Source: Amphiscolops sp. MND2022 (Eukaryota). From it: a stretch of 64,000 nucleotides of DNA. Where the stretch lies: NCBI GenBank assembly GCA_964187785.1, contig OZ076409.1:14634001-14698000 (forward strand), given 5' to 3'. This document shows positions 15,321 through 26,400 of the stretch, one piece after another; position 1 is the stretch's first letter, and each line of letters begins with the position of its first letter. The notes beneath the pieces are model-generated. The model was not told where the DNA came from. It was given only the letters and a program-made list of their open reading frames with translations, and made no database searches. The translations under genes were made by a program, and so were the position numbers.

Positions 15321-15471
15321 ATAAAGAAACAATAATCAATTTCATGGAAAATGTGAAGGTGGAAAACCTTCAACGGTAAAAAAAAGAGAGAATGATTCAA
15401 CTATATATTTTTTTACCGTTGAAGGTTTTCCACCTTCACGTTTCCCATGAAATTAATTATTGTTTCCTTAT
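15321..15471. repeat. Foldback inverted repeat, 64-bp arms, 23-bp spacer
   Basis: Arms 15321-15384 and 15408-15471 with 4 mismatches. Confidence 0.9.
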
Positions 15472-17603
15472 AAGGTATACTCCAATTGCTATTCAATTTA
15501 AGCTCAATTCGATCTAAGCATCCATAGCCCCCTATTTTTATATCTGTCAAAAGAATGAACCATATTTTTTATATACTTAATTACAATCTTGAAGACTGAT
15601 AGTGTTTTTGGAAGTTTACAAATTGATGATACATTGTTTCAATCTCACCTGTCTTTAAAGGAGTTTAAAAGCATTTTTCCATCTCTTGAAAATTATCAAT
15701 AAATAATTGTGTCAGACTTTAAATCACACCTTTGATGCTAAACCTTGAGACATTTCTATATCGCTGGCATGCCTTTTCGTCAGGTGATTTTATATCCTGA
15801 AACCGTTTTGCCTTTCATAAACATTTTTATGGATGGCAATTGTTTATTAGAGCGACAGTAATCGATACTTTGAGCAAAAAGAACTTGGTTTTGACCTTGA
15901 ATAGAAACAATCTTGTTTGATGAAATGCCTCTTCAACCATTCTGTGGAATCCGCTGATAGTAAACACACCGGGACCTCGATTTTTATTCACTATATCCGG
16001 CTTTCATTATATGTTATCATTGTGAATGAGGCGTGTACAATAAACCCGGTAATTCAATAAAACAATGTTCACCTACAAAGAAACATAATAGAGCAGCATT
16101 CTGGGTTAAAACGGTTCATCGTAGACTTCAGAGTCACGAAAAGAATTTCATATTTTTAGCAAAAAAAGTAAGGTACCAAAATATCGAATATTTTTTCAAG
16201 TTTTGCTGCTAGCCCTTCACAATTAACTACATGTTTGGCTTTGGCAAAAAAGAGAAAAAAAATGAAACAACAGTGATAATGCAACTTTCACACAAAGACC
16301 ACAATCATTGACAGAATTCTGTTAATTTGAAAATGATGTGATTAAGCACGTTACAGTAGAATATCGTCTCAAAATCTCTTTCGGTTTCCATTGAAAACAT
16401 CACCCATAAAGTCATTTGGTGGCTCATGATTTTTCTTTTCAGTGTCAACTTTTTTGCAAACTTGGTAGTTTATTCCAGGGTTTGAAACCGAGGGTATTCA
16501 AAAATATATGCGCAAAAAATTCATGTCCTTGAAACGACAATAGGAATAACTAGAGGCAACAAATTATGTTGAATAATTCTCTTCAGTGAATCCCGCCCGG
16601 ATAGTACTGTTGGGTGTACTATTGTACAGGTAGCAGATGCCATTAATTTGCTTTTTCCAAACGTGCAGGAAAACCTCGAGGCATCAATTGTCTCCACTAA
16701 TACACAATCAAGCTGAAATTTTCAAGATCGGCCCTAGGCGCAATTGTGCTTTTAATTTAATTTCTTTCAAACGTTGTTTTTATGGAAGCAGGTGAAAAAA
16801 TAGATTCTCGCAAGGCAAATTTTATCTAAAAAATAACCAAATTACAAATTGAACTCCACCCTAATTGACCTCGTGCAACAGCTTTGATAGCCATGTCGCA
16901 ACAAACGGCATTTCCCAAAAAGTCGCCCGCTGAGCACCGAGATGTTTTCCGCCCTCAACTATTTTAGCGTCAACGTATTTCAAGGGCTCAATTGTAGCTA
17001 ACACACTACAAAACAAAAAGGTTGGACTATGTCAACATTCCTACCCACGAAAAAACTCGAAAAATGTACTTCAATTGTACTAAATGGTCGAAGATTTTCT
17101 TCAGATATTTCACTCTTCTCGTGACATTTTGAGGTAATTTTTCCGAAAACTCAAAACTCTCAACAAATACACATGCTCCAAACACAATTTTGCTCTTTAG
17201 GAATCTCTGGTACCTATGTCATCTATTATACCCCTGTATTTCGAGTATAATATTGGAACTTGAATAAATTTGGAAAAAACAAGACCAGAATGTCTCAAGT
17301 CCACACCACGCTTAAGGCTCAAAGAGCGCGAAACGATAGGCCAAAAGGCTATTTTTATGAAAATTTTGAAAAATGCAGTGCCAAAAGTAACCTTCAAGCG
17401 AAAGTTTTTCCTTTCTTGAACCAAAGAAAAGAAAAGGACCCTTCAAAAAAGTTAAACTTCAAAAAAAGAGCACCAAAAACTGAAATTAGGACCCTTTGTC
17501 TCATGTATTATCGCAGATTAAGTAAAAATGGAAACTCAAGGGCAAAACCGTTTTGGTACTCTGTAAAATAATTTTAGACCAAAAAAAAATCGACTATTCA
17601 GTA

Positions 17604-18032
17604 AACAAGCCGGGAACGGCATAGGTCGGCGCCATATCTAAGACTCAAAAATAGCAAAAGGGACTTCAAAGTGTCAAGTATTCTTTTACAATACCAGAAA
17701 AACCCAAAAGTTTAACCGAATTGGGGGACCCTAGCGGATTTTTAAACATCCATTGTTGCGAAACATCAAAAATTGAAGGGGAATTTTTTTCGGGAAAAAG
17801 TCTAACAATGCCAAAAAACTGAAAGGGGGGACCCTTTAGTCTCGCCCGGTACTGTATGGTACGCGGAAAAACAGGAAAAACCTTTTTGGCTCAGTTCGCT
17901 AGGCCAAATGGTCCAATTTGAGACAATAAGATTTTCTAGAACTTTTGTAGAACTATTTTGGTCAGTTCGTATGGATCGTAAAAAAGAGTCACTAAAATAG
18001 TCGCGTTTCACTTCATAAAGCGCCGACTAAAA
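17604..18032 (-). mobile_element. HINE-like element, complete copy
   Basis: AACAAGCCGGGAACGGC...GTCGGCGCCATATCTAAG through GCGCCGACTAAAA. Confidence 0.75.
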
Positions 18033-19654
18033 ACTCTCATATGGTAAAAAACTTGCCACTCTAACGGACACTTTTTCCTACCAGACGTGCCGACTTGTAA
18101 TAACTTGCCGCTGTTTCAGTCAGGTACTTTGTTCTAATTACAAGCCAGCGCCAAGTCGGCGCCATATCTAAGGCTCGAAAATAGTAAAATAACTTCAAAG
18201 TATCAGGTATTCTCTTCTACAGTACCCGAAAAACCAGAAAGTTGGACCGAATTGGCGCGCCCTTTTGGATTTTTAAACATCCATTCTGTTGCAAAATATC
18301 AAAAAAAATTGAAGGGGACACTTTGCAAACAATAAAAAATTTTCTAAAGGAAAAAATTCTCAAGAAGCCGAGACAAGCCTCAAAAGTGTACCCGCGCGAC
18401 GCAGTTGCAGTGTCATTCGTTGAATAAAAACTTCAAAAATCCAAAAAAGTCCTATTGTACTGAAAACCTGGCCCTAAAGCTGTACATTGGACGCAAAGTA
18501 TGTGAAAAATTGAAACAAATCGATAACGCTATACGAGAAATTAGAACGTTACATTCGAACTTTGAAACCCATTTTTGTCCGATTTACTGTTAGATGTGTT
18601 GTATGTTCTAAGAAAATTGTCTGCAAGTTGAACAAAATGAACAAAATTGATAGAAATTGATAAAGTTTGTCACTTCATCGGGCTAAAAAAATGTTGAATC
18701 CGGTATACGTTATATCCGGAATTCGTTATATCGAGTTTGCGTTAAACCCGGTATGGGTTGTGTCGTTACATCCGGTATACGTTATATCGGGTATTCGTTA
18801 TGCCCGGTTTGCGGATGTCGCAGGCTGCCGCCTGCGATGGCAACCGATACCAAGTGGCCTCTGACAATGGCTTGAATTTCCCCACACTGCCTGGACTTAT
18901 GCCTCTATAGGCTGGACGGACCACCAGTTTTACACATTACAATCGTTTTTACTATTTAGACTATTTGTATTTATCATTCGGGTTAATGTACCTGTTTGAA
19001 TATTTTAGTTATATTTTCGAAGTTATATAATTTAGTTGTCTTGTAAACTAGCAAACTGTGCAGTGTTCGAAATAAACAAATGTTTTAACAATTATTGTTT
19101 TCCGACCCCACATTTTCAATGGGGGAGGAAAATCATGATCTGTGATGCGTTTTTTTCCAAATTCTGCCATAAATCGACTCTTCACTTCAATCACTCTTCT
19201 CTACCTACACTCTCTCACTCACTTAGCATTAGGGGAATAATATCTAAAGTCAAAAAAGGGAATAAGATCTAAAGGGAGTTAGATGTAATATTTCGGGACG
19301 GGAATAAGATCTAAGGGGAATAAGATATAAAATCACTAAATTTTAGATCTTATCCTTTAAATCCTATTCTCCCTCCCAAAACAGCTATGGCTCAGTTGGT
19401 GAAGGCGAAGAGGGCGGAAAATATCCCTGTGCTTAACGGGCGTCTTGTTGAGATCAACTTGTAATGTTAAAGCAAACGCGTTCAAATAAACTACCGTCCA
19501 CTCAAACAGCCAATCAAATACCAGTACGCACTCAGTCAACCGGATCGCATGGCCACAGCAAGAAATTATGTAATACTGGTGATATATACGGTTTTATTTG
19601 CAAATTACTTACAAAGCTAGACTTGAATGACGAACCGCTTCCCCCCCCAACGTC

Positions 19655-20259
19655 TTTTTAGTCGGCGCTTTATCCTTTTAAGGAAAAATGCCCGACTATA
19701 GCAGTGACCTTTTTTTTTCTTCAGACTACAATCCTCACACTGAAAGGTCCACTTTTCTTACAATTCTTACAATCTTAAAAACTTACAATTCTTACTTAGC
19801 AAATTTAAAATACTGGCGCAAAAGCTTGCGAAGTAGTATTTTCACATCATCTAAGAAACTCAAAGGGACCAAAGGGTACTGCCTGAGAGTATTTCCGCCG
19901 CTGTGAGACTTTTATCGAAAAAAAATTTCCCCAAAGTGTCCCCCTCCAATTTTTTTTGGAGTTTTCCGACAGAACGGATGTTGAAAAATCCCAAAGGGTC
20001 CCCCCTTTCAGTTTTTTTTCGGCATTGTGAGACTTTTTTTCAAAAAAAATATTTTCACCAAAAGTGCTCGCTCCTTCAATTTTTTTTGATTTGCGACAGA
20101 ATGGATGAAAAATCTCAAAGTGTCCCCTCTGGTGCGCCAATTCGGTTCAACTTTTGGGTTTTTCTGGTACCGTAGAAGAGAATACTTTGACACTTTGAAG
20201 TCCTTTTGCTGTTTTTGAGCCTTAGATATGGCGCCGATTTGGGCCGTTCCCGGTTTATT
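19655..20259 (+). mobile_element. HINE-like element, complete copy
   Basis: Same termini as 10601-11129. Confidence 0.75.
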
Positions 20260-20296
20260 GAAAAATGTGAAGATTCTTTTTTTATCTTTTTTTCAT

Positions 20297-21087
20297 TGTG
20301 ACGTCAGGGTCAGGTTTCTATTTTTATATAATGACTCCATAAATTTGAGTGTTATGGTGCGGTCCTCATAAATACGGTAGCCCAGAAGTCCAAGGAACAC
20401 ACTTCAGATATCTGAGACAGCTGCAACTTGATAAGAACCACAATTACAATGTATTTCGTTTCTTCAGCGTTGCTCCCTCTCTTCAATTTCAACAAGTAGA
20501 TATCATCCAAGTTACTTAATTCGAAAGAAGCAAAAGGCCAGACATAATCGTTCTAGGCAACCGGACGTCATGTCTGATATAGAGAACATGGACGTGATTC
20601 TAGGTGAATATTCACGAAATGAATTAGAGAGTAATCCTGAAGATAGAAATGATGAAGTGGACCTTGGGCCCAACAGACATAGACAGGAGATCTAACACAG
20701 CGATTATAGATCACTATTGAATACCATCAGCAGAATAAATAGTGATGTCACTATTGAGACCGCTCGATTAATAAACTCTGAAATCACAAATCAAATTCTA
20801 GGAGGGTGAATCAGCTAAATACTCAGAGATTAGGTTCAATAAACTTAGCAATAAGTGAGAAGGGACTTCCTGCAATCCGAAATACCATTGGCAGTCAAAT
20901 GACAGGGTTCGCGGGAAATGTGGACCACAGGTCCAGTAGACTAAACAGGACCGCCGAAGTTATGTTAGAAATCCCAAGAGAACATGGGGGAAATCGCAAT
21001 TTAGAACAAATCTAAATTCATGTGATCAACGCACTTTAACTAGAGAAAACTCAATAGATTCCCAACTTAGCGAAAATGATTACGACA
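20297..21087 (+). mobile_element. Probable decayed solo LTR carrying the 5' part of gag
   Basis: TGTGAC...TACGACA; interrupted ORF (MSDIENMDVILG...SENDYD) ends in phase GAC-A like the 58914 element; no matching target duplication. Confidence 0.55.
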
Positions 21088-22059
21088 GCGGTAAAACCGG
21101 TTTGCGTCAAAAAATCGAAAAACCGGTTTGCGTTTGGTGTATCGAAAAAAAACAGTGACGAGAAGCCATGACTATAGTCGACCCTTTTCTTGAGAAAGGC
21201 GCCTACTAAAAATACGACGACTAGAACCGCTTCTGACAGAATAATTTTTGAAACAGAACTGCACGGAATATAACAAACGCCAATATGGTAAAATTCCGCA
21301 GTGGCGTTTTTTTAAGAATTTTTGATAGCTTCTGAAAGAAACAACTGCAGATCACAAGTGTTTGTGTTTAATATACAGTCCGTACTATACCGTATTGTGT
21401 GTACTTATAGTCTGCACGATACACCTTGGAATAATAAAGGATATAAACGGTTGAGTTAGTGAACCCATACGAAACTACACGTTTAAAACATCGGTGCAGA
21501 CTAAACGCTTTTTTGTGCAAAACCGTGAGAAGTATAATTGATCGAAAAATTCAAAAAAACTCAAGCTGATAAGAATCAAATTGTGAGTCGGATTTTTGGA
21601 TCCAAAGTCTCGAGATGATTTCAAAGCAAGCTTTAATTTGATTACTTTAAAAAGTCATTGTATCTTGAACAATCCATGCTGATTCTGTAAAGAATATGCC
21701 CTTTCTAACCCCCGAGCGTAAGCATGGTGTAGCTGGAAAAACTGACGCTACTTGGAGAATGGATTTGCGGATAAAAAGCTATTGTTTTTGTAAAAACACT
21801 AGGATGGAGACGCTTTGTTCCGGTGAGTCTTTTCGCGCGAGGTAGTAATCTTTCCTGAATAATAATATTACCATTCAATAAGCAATTCGAGAATGAATTC
21901 TGAAAACTAGTATTTCGCGTCAAATACCACTTGCCACAAAATAATGTGATCTCTTTTAAACTTGCATCTTCGTCATAGACTATAGATCGTTTCAAAAAGT
22001 TCGCGAGACTAGGTACCAGTCTTTTAATTAGCGATGCTATTATATCAATTTCTGCAACC

Positions 22060-22483
22060 ATGCGAGGCAAACGCACATCTGACGAAATCGATATACCGTT
22101 TTAAAGTTGCAAACCCGGATTATGCAAACTCAGCAATTACTCGGATTTTCTCGATTTCCGAGTCAACACTTAGAGGAATCCTGAAGAGACGTATTGGGCA
22201 GAAAAAAGTCAAATTGGGTCGAAAATCTGTACTCACAAGAAGAATCAAGCGTCAGCTTCTAGGCCGCGTTAATTGAAACTCAAAACTCCGGCTTTCTGAC
22301 CTTCTGCTTACAGCCGGACGACTTGTCTCCAATGCCACGTCACACCGTTTTTTGAAAAATTGCGACATTCGAAATCGTGTTGCTGTACAAGACGTTCTTA
22401 CGAATGCTCAAAAAGATAGGAGAGGTAACTGGTGCCGTCGACATTTATTTTTTGACTTCACAAAAGGTATTTTCAGCGACGAA
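22060..22483 (+). pseudogene. Tc1-like transposase relic (DNA-binding region to the first catalytic D)
   Basis: MRGKRTS, frameshift, HTH SISESTLRGILKR, GRKSVLT linker, one stop, second HTH, RRGNWC...IFSDE, then truncated. Confidence 0.82.
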
Positions 22484-23230
22484 TAATTAGTTCTAGTCTC
22501 GCGAACTTTTTGAAACGATCTGTATGATGAACTATCAGAAGCTTACAGGATGCAAAACTCCAAGTTAGAAAAGTTCGCGACCCAAAATTATAAAAACCAC
22601 TACTTTGAGATACCCTACCTGTATGCAGTTTCTAAGTTGCAAAAGCGTCGCTTCTAGATTAACAGTCATTTTGCCATTCTTCTCAACAATATCGAACTGA
22701 TTTCATAACCTAGTAGACTAGGGTTTTCTAAAATCACGATGTTGTTCCAAATTTAGAAAAATTAGAACTGGAAAAAATAATGACGAGTATTCCCAAAAAT
22801 TGAATCAATCTGATTGATCTTTGCTTCAGATATCAGTAGCAATTGCCTTTGCTACGGCCAAGATGCGTATTATCTGATATCATACGAAACTGGAAACATT
22901 AAAGCTTACCATCTCGATTCACAAGCATAGAGTTGTTTTGATATTCGCATTGCCCCGCTTCGAAACTCCAGTATTTGAAAAACCGCCACCTTTTGTAACG
23001 TTACATATTTTGGAAACAAGACGGGAACGTCTCAAGTCGGCGCTATATCTAAGGCTCAAAAAGCGCAAAACATTTTTTTGGAAAAAAACTTGAAATTTTC
23101 GAAAAAAAAATTTCTTTCAGAAAATGTCGCACAGTGCCGAAAAATGTAAAAGGGGGGACCCTTTTTGATTTATAAACATGCATTCTGTAGCAAAATAACA
23201 AAAAACTCAAAGGAGGGACCCTTTGGGGAC

Positions 23231-23435
23231 TGTTAAGATATATTGATTTACTATAAAACAATGTTGGTGGCAAAGAGTTTTCATTCAACTATTTCGTATC
23301 AAAGTAACAAATGTAGTGAGATCTATGTAATGTAATGCAATAACATAAATAGGACAGTAATTAGAGTTTGTTATCAAATATGTTTAAACAACTCTCTGTC
23401 TAAAGTAGTTCAGTCTATGACCTCTACATTCCACA
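23231..23435 (-). repeat. 3' LTR of Mag-like element
   Basis: Copy of 28957-29161; PPT GGAGGAGGGGGAA (minus strand, 23436-23448) abuts it. Confidence 0.96.
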
Positions 23436-26400
23436 TTCCCCCTCCTCCGGGTGGATTCGGTTTCGGGTGGAGGTAACTGCTGGTGGTTCCGAATTGATCG
23501 GTTGAAGTTTTGGTATTCTGCTATTTTCCGTATTTCACGGTTGCTTCTTTCTTCAGTTTGTTGTTGACTCGGTTGGCTCGCTTGGTTTTCCTGTAACATA
23601 TAATTATTTATTTTTCTTTTATTATTATTTGTAGAATATGGGATACCGCCTAGTTTTTCGGTTTGTCTTGCATTGGGTATTCTTTTCGATTTTCTCACCG
23701 TTAGTTGTGGTTCGCTTATTAGTGGATTCGTTTTTATACCTGTTTCTGGGGTTAGGTTAGTTTCTTTGGGTAGTAGTTGTAGTTCGTCGTCTATGTTGGC
23801 ATGGACAGGCTTTCCTTCGCTAGTATTGTAGCATTGGAATTCGTCGTCGGATACTATGCTCAGGTCTAGATCCATCGGTTTTCCCGCCGACTTGTCTGGG
23901 CTCGTGAACTGGCCTCTTTCGTTGCGCGGTTGTTCTTTCCTTTTCAGCCAATCTGCGCTGTTTTCTGTATTCTCCGGTTTCGGTGCTTCTTTTCTACGGT
24001 ATAGACAAGTATTTTCCATCGTCTTTGAGCATGTTGGTTTTTTAGCCGTTGTTGTCAATCTGGTATTGATCCTTTTTGTCGGAGTTGTTGTAGCCTGAAA
24101 GGGTATCGGGTTAGATATTAGCTTCCTATGAAGGATTTTGTTCTTGTCCGTGGTTACCGTATGTTTGGTCCCCGAGACTGCAGTTAATGGTTTGTTTTTG
24201 AATTTGCTTCCAAGTGAGCATTTTGTATGTGTTTTTTCAAAAAAGGTGAACGGGTAATTCGTATTTTTCTCTCTACTTACCGTATTTGACGGTTTTTGTT
24301 TTTGGGTGAAGGTCATCCCCCTCCGGTATTTCGGGTCATTTGTCTTCTTCTTTGACATCACCAAGTGGTCGGTAATCTCGCCGGCTGAGTTGCGGGTGAT
24401 GTAGACTGATAAGTCCTTGGAATTGACTGAAATAGAATTTTTTAGATTAGATAGTTTTGTTCCAGGTTCTCGCCCGAGGTGTAGTTCGAACGGGGTTTTC
24501 TTTATTTCAGAATGTGTGGTGAAACGGAGGACGTAGAGGGTTTTATTTAGGCTTTCGCGTAAATTTTTTGTTTCTTCTAAATTTGTTTTTGTTAGATTCT
24601 TCAGTGATTGGATAGTTCTTTCCACCAATCCCGTGCCAGTATGTAGGTTTGGTGTTCCGTATTTGCGGATTATATTATATTCTTTGCAAAAGCTTTTGTA
24701 TTCTTTTGAGATAAAAGCGCTGCCGTTGTCCGATTTAGTTGTCTTCGGTACTCCGTATACATTTACATATTCCCGTAGGAATGTTATTACTGTATCGTGG
24801 TTGGTATTTTTGCAAATTTTCGCTACCGGCCAACGGCTATTTTTGTCTACGGCTACTAAGATGAAAGGAGAGGAATCTAAATGTTTGCTATTTAAGTTTC
24901 CCGTAAAATCAATTTGGATTTCTTCTCCTGGGTATTTTCGCGGATCAAGTTTAGATTTTTCGGTACTGGGTAGTTGGGTTTTTAAATTCTTACCGGCATT
25001 CAGGCAAGCGGAGCAGGTTTTGGCCTTCTTCTCGATGTCTGCTCTCATGTTTGGCCACCAAAAGATAACTGCGTCGTTGCACATTTTATTTATTCCTGGG
25101 TGGCCGAAGTGAAGTGCATTGAGTGCGGCGTAGCGTAAGCTTTTGGGGATAATGATACGGTCGTCCACCATTGTTATTCCCCAGCGGTGGGTCAGTTTCT
25201 TTGCTACTTGTTTGTAATCGTCTGGGATGGCTTGTGTGTTGTTGTCTTCGATGCAGCATTGAACTTCGATTAGGTCTGGGTCTGCTGCCGTTTCCTTGAT
25301 TAGTGTTTCCAGGTCAAGCATAAAATCGAGTTCTGCGGCTCTGATGTTATCTTCTTGTTGTCGGTTTCTAGGGGCTTTCGTCGCGATGACCTTGTTGATG
25401 CGTACGTAATGTACGGCTATCTCTTCTATTGGGCCTTCGCGGTATTCTTGAACGGGGATCGCTGGGTAAGACCCTGGTTCTTCCGTTATTACCGGTTCTT
25501 CTGGTGTTGAAGAGACCGTGGATTCGGTGTCCGGTGTGTGCTTCTGTGTTTTTGTAGTTTCCGTGTTGATTTCCGATGATGTGCCGGATGCTTGTGGAAT
25601 TTCATCTCCAAAGTTTTTAAAGTAGCCGCCCCCGATGTGTGTAACTCGGTTTTCTTCTTTCCTTCTCAAACGGATGTCAATGCGTTTGATTTCTTTTCTA
25701 TCTACGTCATCCGGTCTTCTTGGAAGAAGTATTTCTCTCTCGAGTTTCTTGTGCCAGTGGTATCGCATATGGCCCGGTCGTGTTAATTCGATTCTTCTTT
25801 CTACTAGTTCTTGTGTCTCCGGTGAATTGTCTCTTCTGTTAATAATCTTCATGATTTCGTCATCGGCTCCCCAGTGGTATTTAAGTTTATCGTTTAAAGC
25901 AAATCGGTCCGGGATTTGACGGTTATTGTTATTGTTGTCCATTTTTGGTTCGCTGTAGGATTTGCAATTATCGTGAATGGCGTTGTTAATCTGATTAGCG
26001 GTCAAATTGGAATGGTTTGTGTTTGTTTTGCTGTAGCGCGTACCAGTCCAGCTGTAGCGCGTACCATGCATGTTTGCCGTTTCGCTGTTTTCTGATTGGT
26101 CAAAAATCCGTCCAATTCTGCCATTTACCGTGGCTAGTTGCGCGATGGCGTTGATGACGAATTCTTCTTCGTAATTTTCTTCCGGTTCAGCGGTTTCCGT
26201 AGGGTTACGGCTAATGAAATCGGTGAATTTGATTTCTTTTCCGGCAGTGTGTTTTAATGATATGTCAAAATGGTTTAGTCTGTCTAACCACCGTGTTAAT
26301 CGGGCGCTATATTGTTTGTTGGTTTTGTTTCTCTTTAATAGTGGTTCCAAAGCCTGGTGGTCGGAGAATAATTGAACCTGTTTTCCGTATAGGTGAAATC

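Noticed and set aside
18700..18812. Short repeats (CGTTATATCCGG), CRISPR-like at a glance; also 53990-54085 and 19240-19360
   Set aside because: Irregular subterminal MITE repeats with no unique spacers and no cas genes; eukaryotic context
21374..21420. TA-CAGT candidate left TIR of the Tc1 relic
   Set aside because: No matching right TIR found
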